From Macrostomum hystrix (Eukaryota; Animalia; Platyhelminthes), in NCBI GenBank assembly GCA_950097015.1, contig CATNEN010000001.1:27156001-27220000 (forward strand): a DNA stretch of 64,000 bases. Direction: 5' to 3'. The position numbers and the translations under genes were made by a program. Under the pieces are notes generated by a model, which had not been told where the DNA came from, did no database searches, and saw nothing but the letters and a program-made list of their open reading frames with translations. Positions 1-10,754 of the stretch are shown in pieces (position 1 is the first letter of the stretch; the number at the start of each line of letters is the position of its first letter).

Positions 1-176
1 TAGAGTTGCTGTGAAGTTCTTTCCATTGTCCGTGGACATCTCCATCGGGATCCCAAAAGTACAGAACACTGTGAATAGCGGAGGTTTTGCTTGCATATTT
101 TATCTGCCTCCTTTTCCTAATCCATTCATATTGCACTATGCTGTTCAACCCCCGAATCATCATCCCCTCCGCCCAG

Positions 177-1619
177 GTTCAAGATACCCGTCTGCGCAGT
201 TCGGCAAGACAATGCCTTCTGCTCCATCGGCAGGCGGAGCAAGCTCGCAGAGATTCTGCGGAACGCGCGAATCATCGTGTGGGACGAGGCACCGATGACG
301 CACCGCAAGGACCTGGAGATCGTGGACCGGTCTCTGCGAGATCTGCTGCGGGTCGAGCAGCCGTTCGGAGGAGCGCTGCTGGTGCTAGCCGGCGACTTCC
401 GCCAGCTGCTGGCTGTGGTGCCCGGAGGAACGCAGGCGAACACGATCGACGCCTGCCTGACTCAGTCGGCTTTGTGGCCACATTTCCAGCAGCACCATTT
501 GACAAGAAATCTGCGGCTCGAGAGCGACTCTGATGCCAAAAGCTACGCAGATTTTCTTATGCAGGTGAGAAAATAATTCCTTCACTATTTTGCATAAACT
601 TTTAAATTAATGCGTTTCATTCATAATCTACTTTCTAAAACTAATTTCCGAATAACTACAATATTTTGCTTAATCCATTTCTGCATGCTTACGGACACTA
701 TTAAATAAATAATTCTATGGAACGTGAAATGTCTTTTTTATTCCACAATTCCATTAGGTTGGCAACGGAGAGCTGCCAGAGGACGAAGAGGGCATGGTTT
801 CCCTGCCTAGCGAGATTCTCATGCCTGATGACACAACCACTGAGCAGCTCATCCGGCACGTCTACCCGTCGTTCGAGCCAAGCCCGCACCGTGACCAGAT
901 GTTCGCGGAGCGGAGCATTCTGTCGCCGCTCAACAGGACGGTAGACGAGACCAACGCCGCCTGCCTGGCGCTCTTTCCTGGAGACAGTCGGGCTTATCTA
1001 TCAGTCGATTCGATTCCGAACGACGATGTGGCAGCTACCAATTTTCCACCGGAGCTGCTGAACCGACTTGATCCCAACGGCTTGCCGCATCACCGGCTGG
1101 AGCTCAAGGTCGGCATGCCGGTCATGATGATGCGGAACCTCGACCCACCGCTGCTGTGCAACGGAACCTGGCTGCTGCTGCGAGACCTGCGGGACAATGT
1201 GCTGCTCGCGGAGGTCGCCACTGGCATCTACCGTGGGCGGCAGGTGTTTATTCCGCGAATCCCACAGGAGCCGAGTCCTACTGAGCTGCCCTTCACGTTC
1301 CGCCGCCTGCAGTTTCCAATCCGGCCATGCTTCGCCATGACCATCCACAAGAGCCAGGGCCAGTCGCTGAGCACCTACGCTGTCGACCTGACGACGGCCT
1401 GCTTTCAGCACGGCCAGCTCTACGTGGCTCTGAGTCGTGCGCGAAGTGCATCGGGCGTCAAGGTGCGCGCCCCAGGCGGTCGGACGCAGAACATCGTACT
1501 GCGGCAGCTCATTGGTAAGTTGAATTGTTAAATCTCTTACCAATCAAATTCTACATATTTTATACTCAATTTCATACTCAATTTGACTTCATTTTCTCAC
1601 CCTAGCACGCAACTTCTGA
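177..1619 (+). CDS. Helitron Rep/Hel protein, C-terminal PIF1-like helicase exons (5' part outside window)
   Basis: Spliced exons 177-564, 758-1514 and 1606-1619 have GT-AG junctions in consistent phase. PIF1 motifs: RFKIP, IVWDEAPM, AGDFRQLL, LELKVGMPVMMMRNLD, CNGT, RRLQFPIRPCFAMTIHKSQGQSL, HGQLYVALSR. Confidence 0.88.
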
Positions 1620-1639
1620 CATCGCCGCTGACGATAAAG

Positions 1640-1735
1640 CCCGGTTACTTCATCGAGATCTGCGGGACAATGGACTGCTCGCCGTGGTCGCTGCGGCCCA
1701 GTTTCAAAGGCGGTCGGCCTTCATCCCGCGGCGCG
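1640..1735 (+). pseudogene. Degenerate partial duplicate of the helicase segment
   Basis: Translates RLLHRDLRDNGLLAVVAAAQFQRRSAFIPR versus helicase WLLLRDLRDNVLLAEVATGIYRGRQVFIPR. Confidence 0.7.
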
Positions 1736-2147
1736 CAACACTGACCTGCGACAGCTCCCTCGCAGGCAAAGCAGCGCGCCGAAGTGACCGGGTTCGTGTC
1801 CTTCTTTTGCCGGATTTGTCATCTTTGTAAATACTAATAAGTCTGGGCTGCAGCTCAGCCAAAAGTAAAATATCTATAATGTCATTTCTATTTTAGGTAT
1901 GATTTGCACGTTCAAACTAAAAATTTAAGACTAAATAATGCTTCAAATGCAATGTAAATAATGACATTTGAACTTAAAATTAACATCTCAAACGCCCTGC
2001 TGCAGGCCAGACTGATAAATTCTTAATAATTTCTATTCATTTGTTTGCACCAGATCAAGCCTCACATTTTTATGGCTTTTTTTAATGAACATACATTTTT
2101 ATAGCCCTAGAACACTTGATCCGCGCTTTAAAGTCTCCACTCATTTT

Positions 2148-2315
2148 CCTTCCCGCCGGAGCTGCTCAAACTGGACTTCAGCGACTGGCCTCTCAACATC
2201 GACCCGAGCTGAATGTGCCATCAGCCCGCCCATTGCTGCTGTCCCAATGACCCGTTGCTGCTCCGGGATCTGAGGGTCGACACGCCGGCAGCTGAGGACG
2301 CCACCGGCCGGAGTC
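2148..2315 (+). pseudogene. Second degenerate duplicate of the helicase segment
   Basis: Frameshifted pieces PPELLKLD, HRPELNV and LLLRDLRVDTPAAEDATG match helicase PPELLNRLD, HRLELKV and LLLRDLRDNVLLAEVATG. Confidence 0.65.
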
Positions 2316-4129
2316 CCCTGGACAGCCTTCTTGGGAGTCGCTGAAGCCCAAGCTGTGACCGATTTGCGCCCAGCTGCAGCTCCGTGCCATTGCTTCAATC
2401 TGATCAAGTGTTTTATCGTGCTTGACCTGATCGGGTGCCTCATGAATTTTGCATGCCATCTGTCATTTATTGTATATTACTCATTCATTTGTATTTCACC
2501 CATTCAAATATTCCCTTCGATAATTCAGGGCATCAAAAATTACATACGCTATGTCGAAATTCACTTTATGCTTTCTCTACAAATCATTTTCTCAGGATGC
2601 CCTCTATTATCATGCGTACAAATACATTCCCCAGTTGTAAATATATGCCAAAATTTTATATCAGTAGAACTAAGCGATGCAAAATTATTACTAAAATTTA
2701 GCTGCTACAAATTCATAATTTGTAAATTCATACATTCATAATTTCCACTTCCTATATAAATCCCAGCTCGATAGTTCTACTGCTATTTTATTATGCTTTT
2801 TAATTTTTCTGCGTCACTAAATTAAAATAATGTATCTTTCACAATTTTTCTATGTAAATAGAAATAGCAATTATGCAAAAGGCCTCTTCACAAAATTCCT
2901 TCAATCAATTATTATTACAGCTTATATCATCATTCTAAATCTCTAAATTAATTACTAAACTTTAATAGCTGCATTTACGACAATGTCAAAGCGCCTTTTA
3001 AACCATAGAACTGAACATATTCGCTTCGTGAAATGAGGCACAGAAGGGCAGGAAATATTGAAATTTACGTGTTGAGGCCTTTTTCTAATAAATTTCAATT
3101 CATAACTTTTCATTTCCGACTTTCCTTAATCATCTACACAAAATTTACTTAGCAAATAAGAATTTCTTCCTAGGAGATATTTGAAATGGTGAGGGGTGAA
3201 TAAGAGTTCTCAGGGGAGATTGCAAAGTGTGAGCGGGTGACTGAGGTGCAGGGATTTTAGGGGACATCGCAAGGCTCCACATGGAAAGCGATATGGAGTA
3301 CGAAAAACCAATTATTGCAAAGAAAATTAGATTTCGTTATTATCAAAGCAACTAACTGCCAAGCACTGATCACAAAGTCTACAAGAGATAATTTATTGAT
3401 TAACTTTCAAATTCTCTAATTCCCCTTTCAAGCACTCTGCTTTCATTTTCTACTGAAGTAACTTATCGTGTCTTTACTGCTTGCAAGTCTAATGTACTTT
3501 AATTTCTCCTCAATCAAAATCACTTAAGGCCTGCACCGGCCTCATCTCCTGTTCTCATCCCTATGAGAACTTTAATTCATAAATCAATTTAATTCTCCTT
3601 AGTGTCTCCCTGCAATAAATCGAACGAGTTCGACGACTGATCAATTGCCATCGAATCTACTTTATTTTTGACAAGTAATTTTTGCTAACGAACTCTAAAC
3701 TTTAAACTTTAAACTTTAAAACGACACTCTGCACCTTTACACCTCAATAACTATCGGCCCCCACCCCGACAACAGCCTATTGACTCAATAGCGTAAACAA
3801 GCTTAACCCTCTAACAATCAACCCCAAACTCTTAGATTTTCTCTATGCGCTCACAGTGTACAGCTGCAGGCCTATCCTACACAATGACTGCAATGTCTAA
3901 ATGAACAATATCTACACCTGATCTAGACAGAGGCCCTTTTTGTCAATTTTTTTTCAAGGTGCTAAAACCTTTAGCTGGCTACGCCAACCAGTTCTAAACC
4001 AGTTCTATGCAAATCTAGCCCTATAAATGTGACAGCAGCTATTCATCTGAAATAATATCTGCCCCCTAAAATTTATACAGTTTATTTATACCTGATTTAT
4101 TTATAGCTAATTTATATCTAACTTAACTA

Positions 4130-4561
4130 ATGGCTCATCACACAACACCATCCGGCAGCAATCTGGAGAAGTTCGACAAGCAGAAGAAAGCCATGGAGCA
4201 GCACTTCAATACATTCTTAAGATTGACATCGGAAATGATTCAGGCAGACCATGAGACTCTACAACACGAATCGAAAAGCAAGGCATTACTCGCCGAAGTC
4301 GTGGCTGAGCAAAGGCAGCAACTGGACTACTACAAGAAGCGACTGGCAGACACCGAGGCTGAGCTGGAGCGCAAGAAGAGAGAGTGCGAACGACTGGAAG
4401 CCCTGGTGCAAGAGCAGGAGCAAGTCCTGTTCGCCAAAGTCGAGACCAACTTGGAGCCACCAGCCAAGCGACCCCACAGCCAGGACGAGCCCGACAAGAG
4501 CGACACCCTGGCTGAGGAGTCTGCGGCAGCGCCCAAGGAGGACTCTACTGCGGCGAACTGA
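4130..4561 (+). CDS. Small coiled-coil protein of unknown function, possible Helitron cargo or accessory gene
   Basis: 143-aa ATG ORF with GC-rich codons in AT-rich context, heptad-like E/K/Q/L content, and TATAAA at about 4022. Confidence 0.5.
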   Translation: MAHHTTPSGSNLEKFDKQKKAMEQHFNTFLRLTSEMIQADHETLQHESKSKALLAEVVAEQRQQLDYYKKRLADTEAELERKKRECERLEALVQEQEQVLFAKVETNLEPPAKRPHSQDEPDKSDTLAEESAAAPKEDSTAAN

Positions 4562-4761
4562 ACTGACTTTCTGTTTTAATTCTTTTCTGTGCGACTGATG
4601 ATTGATTGCAGTCAAAGAAAACATATTGGATGGGAAAGTCAGGAAAAATTGTATGTCTGGTCAGAATGACAGAAATAACTGAAATTTATAAAAGGCATGA
4701 TGAAAAATAATTAAAGTTATTAAGCATTCTTTTTTCTCTGTACATTTTCTCTCACTTGCAG

Positions 4762-6566
4762 ACAGCGATGACCTGGTCAATATGTTGGATGCCAGGCAGT
4801 TCATTCTCGATGAGACTTCTGACTATTTAAAACAACTTCTGCGTTCATGGGCACTGTCACAAAATCCGACAACATCATCTGTGAATGACTTGCTGCAGCG
4901 TCTGAATAGCAGGTTTCCACAACTTCCTCGGGACTACCGCAGCCTGTTGTCAACACCCCGAACTCTTTCTCTACGCTGTGTGCAGCCTGGAAACTATTTC
5001 CATTTTGGGTTAGCTGCAGGGTTGAAGTTTGTTTTGTCTTGTTTGGACGTAAGCATAAACAGCCTAAAGTTAGATCTCTTCCTGGACGGTGCTCAGGTGT
5101 TTGACAGCACGCAGATTACAATGTGGCCCATCATTGGCCGGCTTCATGGGATTGTTAAATCGGAGTTTCTAATTGGACTTTATTGTGGGAAGCACAAGCC
5201 AAAAAGCGCTAAAGAATTCCTCAGCGAATTGATCGACGAGCTTTCAAATCTCAAGGCAAATGGGTTGAAGATAAATGAGGAATCCTGTCCTATTCCTTTT
5301 GTCGTTGGAATGATAATGTGTGATAGTCCTGCGCGTAGCTTTATTCGAGGGACAAAAGCCTGCTGAGGCTACTCAGGCTGCGACAAGTGCCTCGTTGAAG
5401 GCGAGTACAAAAACAGAAAAGTCTGCTTTTGTGACTCGGATGCCACATTGCGCAACGATCGCGATTTTCGGTCAGGAGTGTATGACGATACGCATGTACT
5501 AACTGCAAGTCCGTTTTTGTCTTTAGCGAGTGTTGATATGGTTTGGAGCTTACCTCTGGATCCGATGCACCTAATTTACGAGGGAGCCGTTTTTAAGTGC
5601 ATAAAAAGTTTGACTTCAGCTGCGGTCCCATATCGTACCAGTGCAGCAGCCATGCGAGCTATGGATGCCGATTTGGTGAGCTTTAGCAGTTTCATCCCTC
5701 GAGACTTTTCGCGCAAGCCGCGACCAACGTCCATTATCGGCTGCTGGAAGGCAACTGAATTCAGACTGTTCGTCTTGTACCTTGCACCAGTCGTGCTAAA
5801 GCCTCATCTTCCCGATTGTATGTACGAGCTGCTTCTGAGTTTGCACACCATTGCCTTCCTAATGTCACACCCGCGGTGCTACGAATTTTGCGAATACGCT
5901 GAAACGTTGGCGAAGTGGTTCGTCCGCCAATGTAGGTCGGCATGGGGCGACGATTTCATTGTGCACACAATACATGCGCTGATCCACATTCCAGACGAGG
6001 TGCGTATGCATGGTCCACTGGAGCAATTCAGCTGTTTTTGGGGGGAGAATTTTCTCCAGTTCATTGGAAAGTACTGCCGTAGCTCCAACCATTGTCTCGA
6101 GCAGGTTGTTAAGCGCGTGAAGGAGAGGGATGTCACTTGCGGTCTGTTCCCAAAGCATTGTACCACGACGGCAGTTTCTTTGAGCGCTCAACTTAATTCG
6201 TTGCCGGACGAGATGCATGGGCTAAGAGTGCTGACTTCTCACACAAGTGCCAATCTGAAGGAGAAAAATACAATTATTACTGTGCACGAACCCGACTGCT
6301 TCGTGTTTCTGTCTGATGGTACTCCGGCGAAGATTGAGTTCATCCTAAATACCGACAATGGAATAGTCCTTCTGTGCCTCCCGTTCTTTGGTATGGGCGC
6401 ATAGTACAATTCCACGATTGATTCAGCGTCGATCAATATTGTCATCTTCGGTGGCATTTCCGAGACCGTGCGGCGAGTCAAGCTGCACGAGGTGCTTTCC
6501 AAGGCCATGGTTTTGCATTTGAGGGGAAAGCATTACGCGTTTCCCATCCTGCATACGATAACTTAA
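4762..6566 (+). pseudogene. EnSpm/CACTA (CMC)-type DDE transposase with two in-frame stops
   Basis: One reading frame with nonsense codons at 5364 and 6402. Motifs: LDG..F....MWPI, CDSPAR, GYSGCDKC, LRNDRDF, LDPMHLIYEG, WKATEFR, H.LIHIPD, HGPL..FSCF..ENF, C-terminal FPILH. Splice acceptor at 4760-4761. Confidence 0.85.
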
Positions 6567-6865
6567 GGGCGCAGGAAAGGTGAATTACGAGTAGCTGGTG
6601 AATCAACTGCACCAGGCAGCTTAGAAATAGCCCTGCTTCAAAGTAATCTACAGTGTATGTACTCGTAGTTTATTGTAGTATCATTAAAATTAGCATTTTA
6701 CGGTGCGTTAACGCTATGTCGTTGCAGCCTATATGTTACATTGCTATATGACTTACTTGATTTAGCGGCAGGGAGCCTCCATGACGGACGCAGCGAGGAG
6801 GCGGCTGATGCCGCCCATATCGCTAACCCCTGGCAGCCAGACAGCCTCCAGCGAGGCGGTGCCGC

Positions 6866-7251
6866 TCAGGGTGGTCCGTCGGTCGATTCCGCCGCGCGAT
6901 ATTCCTCGCCATAGGCTGGGAAGAAATCAGCTCGGCCGGTATCCCGGAGGAAGTGGGCGAGCTGTGGGATGTTCTCGGGCGAGCAGGCTTCGGCGAGAGT
7001 CTGTGCCGGCCCGAGATGTTTTAGCCTAGCCCGGGTGAAGGCCGGGCAGTGGCAGATGAAATGCTCTGCATTTTCGCGTCCGGAGCAGCAGAAGGGACAC
7101 GTTTCCTCAGGCACGTGGCCTTGAAGGTAGCGGTGTCTGGTGAAGCAGCCATGTCCCGAAAGAGCCATAGTGACTGCTCTTAGGTCTCTGCGGTTAAGCC
7201 TGAGTAAGGCCTTACGCAGGTTACTAGAGGGGGTTGGCACGCAGCCCTGGA
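6866..7251 (-). pseudogene. LINE ORF2 C-terminal region with zinc finger, cut off by a stop and a frameshift
   Basis: LSGHGCFTRH and CPFCCSGRENAEHFICHCPAF. TAG in place of Q in CR(Q)SR, plus a 1-nt shift near 7235-7250. Confidence 0.75.
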
Positions 7252-8772
7252 CTAGCGACAGTTCAGGGTGCTGGACCACCTCCTCCGGTGCTGGGTCTCC
7301 ATCCAGCAGTTGATGCTGGAGTTGACAACTGAGATGGGGATCGGGGACTCCGGGCCCGGGCCCATCAGGGAGCTGGCTGCTCCAGCCTTAGCAAGCTGGT
7401 CCGCCATCTCATTCCCTGTGAACCCGGCATGCCCAGGGATCCACAGCAGCTCCACCTTGTTAGACTGCGCCAACCCGTTTAACTGGGTGTTGCAGTCCAA
7501 GGTGGTTCTGGAGCGAGAGGTGCAGCGGCTGAGGGCCTTGAGGGCTGCTTGACTGTCGGAGTGAAAAAAGATCCTCCGACCAGCCAGCTGCCTCTGGCGC
7601 AGCTCAACCGCACAGAAGCTGATGGCGAGCACTTCGTTTTGGAAAACGTTTTGGCGAGACGACTGGGCCCTGCCCCCAGTCCTAACCTCGGGGTCCGAGG
7701 ACCCTTCAGTGTCCGGTACGGTGGTGGGCCCGGTCTGACCTCGAGTTTTATCTGCCTCGAAGGCGAAGATTTTGGTCTTCCACAGACCAATGCAGATGTT
7801 GGCGCCATCTGGGTATCGGCGTGTCCATTGCTCGGACAGGCCCAGAATGGCGGTGAACCCGGTGCCATCGGGGCGCAGGATCGTGCGGTGCACGATCAGG
7901 CCCGCTGTCGGCAGCTCCCGGTTCATCGCGATGAGGCCCATGCGGAGGTCCTCAGCGCTGGTGACGACACTTTTCGCCGGGACGAAAATGCGGTGTCGCT
8001 TGGTCTTTGGTGGCTCGTTCTCCCGGAGGAAGTCGAGGCCAGCCGCCCAGCTCTGCGTGGGCAGCAACTCAAGGAGCCGCCGCCCTGATTCCGCGTCGCC
8101 GGGCCAGACGACGAAGCACGATTCCCTGGTAGCGCTTGCACCGACCGCCAGGGGCTCGCCCTTCAGTTGAAGTTGCCACAGCATAGCATCTATGTTGCGG
8201 CAAATGTTGCTGAGCTGTTCGCTGCTCAGCCTTTTTCCGTCTCTGCCGGTGATGACAACGGCAGGTTGCCTACGTGCGATGGCGGCGTAGGTGGCATGTG
8301 GTCCCGGGCCCTGTCCGGTGGCGACCCCACCCTCGGGATCAGCGTCGGCGGTGGGCACAGGGCCCTCTGCCTCCGCTTCTCCTTCAGGCCGAGCCGCCGT
8401 CCGGATGGGCGCCGGGACCTCCTTGGCCCGCGACCCTGGCCTCGGGGCGTCGTGGGCTCCGCCCCGTGCAGGAGCCTGGGCAGGAGGCGCAAGGCCCCCC
8501 GCCCCAGCCCCCGCCCTAGGCAGAGCCCCTTCGGCCCCTCTGGCCTGGGCCCGGTCCTCGGTCGATGGAGCCGGCTTGCCGTGGGCCATTAAGCGCCTAC
8601 GACGCTTTGCCGCTCCAGAGGTTGTGGAGCGCTTAGCGCCCCGGTCATCGCGCGAGTTGGGCAGCGCGGCATTTGTGGCGGTCGCGGGGCCAGCTAGCCC
8701 GGGCGCCGCAGCGTGTATGGCCTCGGGCACCATGGTGTCCTCGGCCGGAGCAGTAGGAAGGCTGGAAGCCAT
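7252..8772 (-). CDS. ORF1 (gag-like, DUF4780-like) fused in frame to RNase H
   Basis: RNase H motifs VFQNEVLAI, FHSDSQAAL and WIPGHAGFTGNEMADQLAK directly follow an Ala/Pro-rich ORF1-like region. First ATG at 8772. Confidence 0.75.
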   Translation of the reverse strand: MASSLPTAPAEDTMVPEAIHAAAPGLAGPATATNAALPNSRDDRGAKRSTTSGAAKRRRRLMAHGKPAPSTEDRAQARGAEGALPRAGAGAGGLAPPAQAPARGGAHDAPRPGSRAKEVPAPIRTAARPEGEAEAEGPVPTADADPEGGVATGQGPGPHATYAAIARRQPAVVITGRDGKRLSSEQLSNICRNIDAMLWQLQLKGEPLAVGASATRESCFVVWPGDAESGRRLLELLPTQSWAAGLDFLRENEPPKTKRHRIFVPAKSVVTSAEDLRMGLIAMNRELPTAGLIVHRTILRPDGTGFTAILGLSEQWTRRYPDGANICIGLWKTKIFAFEADKTRGQTGPTTVPDTEGSSDPEVRTGGRAQSSRQNVFQNEVLAISFCAVELRQRQLAGRRIFFHSDSQAALKALSRCTSRSRTTLDCNTQLNGLAQSNKVELLWIPGHAGFTGNEMADQLAKAGAASSLMGPGPESPIPISVVNSSINCWMETQHRRRWSSTLNCR

Positions 8773-9028
8773 TTGAAGCTGCAATGAGGAGAGGGGCTTC
8801 CTGTAGACACAGGCAGGAATAACCCGCTCAGCCGCGATCCCAAAGCTGAGCGGGGGCAGCCAAAAAAGTCAAGTTACAACCCGGGGTGGGATGCCAGGAC
8901 TACCGGGAGGGTGGGATGCCAGGACTACCGGGAGGAACCGTAGGAGGCCAGACTACTCCCCGGTCAAGCGTCCATCAGCATGGTCAACACTGGGACATTA
9001 GAGGGCGCTATTTGGCCAGCGCCGGGGC

Positions 9029-9391
9029 CTGCGGACTGGCCGCATACCCTGTTAAGGTCAAAGGGTGACACCTTTCCCTCAGAGCCGTAGCCAGAGGTAC
9101 CTGATCACGCACAGGTGCACGAACGCTGCGGACTGGCCGCATACCCTGTTAAGGTCAAAGGGTGACACCTTTCCCTCAGAGCCGTAGCCAGAGGTACCTG
9201 ATCGCGCACAGGTGCACGAACGCTGCGGACTGGCCGCATACCCTGTTTAGGTCAAAGGGTGACACCTTTCCTTCGGAGCCGTCGCCAGAGGTACCTGATC
9301 ACGCACAGGTGCACGAACGCTGCGGACTGGCCGCATACCCTGTTAAGGTCAAAGGGTGACACCTTTACCTCAGAGCCGGGGCTAGAGGTAC
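9029..9391 (-). repeat. 97-bp tandem repeat (~3.7 copies) in the LINE 5' UTR
   Basis: Unit starts at 9031, 9128, 9225 and 9322. Confidence 0.92.
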
Positions 9392-9432
9392 CCAGTTAGG
9401 CCGGAGGCCCTGGATGGGTCATCCAGCGCTGT

Positions 9433-9661
9433 TGCCCATTCTGTCCCGCTGCCCTAGGGTCAGCCTTGAACACTCGCGGGACGTGTACCCATGGGTCAGC
9501 TGACGGGACAACGTGGAGAGGATTCCTGCACCCGGAGGCACAGGTCTCCTTCCTGCCAAGCCTGCTCAAAAAACGACTGCAGGTGTGAGGCATCGCAGAC
9601 CTTAGCCCGTAGGCCTGGTCTGACTCATACCACACAGGCATTGTGTCCCGCCGGTGCGAGC
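9433..9661 (-). ncRNA. HDV-like self-cleaving ribozyme at the LINE 5' end
   Basis: Minus strand: P1 GCUCGC/GCGAGU with first G-U wobble; P2 CCCAU/AUGGG; P3 GGG/CCC; L3 UACACGU; P1.1 AC/GU; P4 GCUG-CCC/GGG-CAGC; J4/2 CAGA; large J1/2 insert. G1 abuts the TSD. Confidence 0.85.
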
Positions 9662-9685
9662 CATTGCTATATGTATTTCCTATAG

Positions 9686-10450
9686 ATTCCTATAGGAACG
9701 CCGACTCTTCAGCGGCAGGAGTCTACCCAGCCTGGAAGGAGCACACCGGCTTTGCAGGCTAGTAAGTAGCATTTTTGCTTACTCATCCTGATGCCGTCCG
9801 CTTTCCACTTTGGCGCATCCTCTTTTTAGGTGCTTCCTTCTCTGCCAGATTGGAGGTGCTCGAGTCGAAGATGGATAGGCTAATTAACTGGTTAGATCAG
9901 CAAAAGGGAAACAGACAAGACCATCAAATTGCATTGAACAATTCTGCGTTAGATGCACTTCCCTTTGATGAGTGGGACGCGCTGCGTAAGTGGGCATCCA
10001 CAGTTAAGGAGCAGCGGGACGCCACGGAAGATGTGGTAAGTAGTTGGGCTCAGTGTTTTTGCTTTTAATCCAGCCACATTTTTTGTTGGTCCGTTACTTT
10101 TTGATAATGCTCATTGACTTCGAAATTTCGTTGCAGTACGTTTTTTTTCGGCGTCTCGGTGGCAAGTCTGTTCAAGCATTCGTCTCCAACATTATTTACA
10201 AGCTGATGACCAACCGTCTCGCTGCAGAGACCAGCCTTCGGGGGGCCATTCGAAACGGCAAAGCAAAAAACTCATTTAGTGACCTCGAACTCATGTCCCT
10301 CATTAAGAGTAAGTAGAATACATACAGCAGTGCATTTTTATGCATGCGTGCATGTGTCCTCTGTCATAAAAATAATGTATTCCACTGCTGTATAAATTCG
10401 ATCCCAATTTCTCAGACGTTGTTTGGAGCAGCTTCCGTCAGCCTCTCACG
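9686..10450 (+). pseudogene. DUF4806-like accessory gene of the EnSpm element (spliced fragments)
   Basis: Exons about 9686-9760, 9830-10035, 10137-10308 and 10416 onward. Peptides LP...W..L, LGGKSV..FV.NI..KLMTN.LA...SL.G and K..FSDL.L are typical of DUF4806 proteins. Confidence 0.65.
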
Positions 10451-10754
10451 TTTCTAACTACCACTCTCATCAACTCATCCTTCCACTCACTACCCACACT
10501 CTCGCGCTTCCTACCGGTCAGGCTCTCGGTAGCAAATATAACGGTAACTGACTACTCGGTAAAGGACGAGAACTTTGCGTTTTTATACCAGCTCGTCGGT
10601 AATGGAAAAATGACTGCATGCATACGCGCTCTCATCTTAACTTGTCTCCTCTTTTTTTCAACCCAGCTGCAACGTGCAAAGTACTGCGTTGCTGATGCGG
10701 CAGAAACAGCTTCAAAATAAGGCTAAAATCACGTACTAGTATTAATTATACTAA

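Larger units (their letters stand above)
6751..9661 (-). mobile_element. Internally deleted non-LTR retrotransposon (LOA/R1-like group), lacking endonuclease and RT
   Basis: 12-bp TSD CATTGCTATATG at 6739-6750 and 9662-9673. Encodes ORF1-like sequence, RNase H and a C-terminal CCHC zinc finger. Short AAGT-type 3' tail. Confidence 0.88.

Noticed and set aside
5364-5366. In-frame TGA as selenocysteine or readthrough
   Set aside because: A second stop (TAG at 6402) and a LINE insertion indicate ordinary decay; no SECIS seen.
7268-8776. Plus-strand ORFs overlapping the LINE (similarly, antisense ORFs over the Gypsy regions)
   Set aside because: Shadow ORFs of GC-rich coding sequence on the opposite strand.
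9095-9130. Hammerhead-like CTGATCA...CGAAC in the 97-bp unit
   Set aside because: The core deviates from CUGANGA/GAAA, lies antisense to the element, and stems I and III cannot be drawn.
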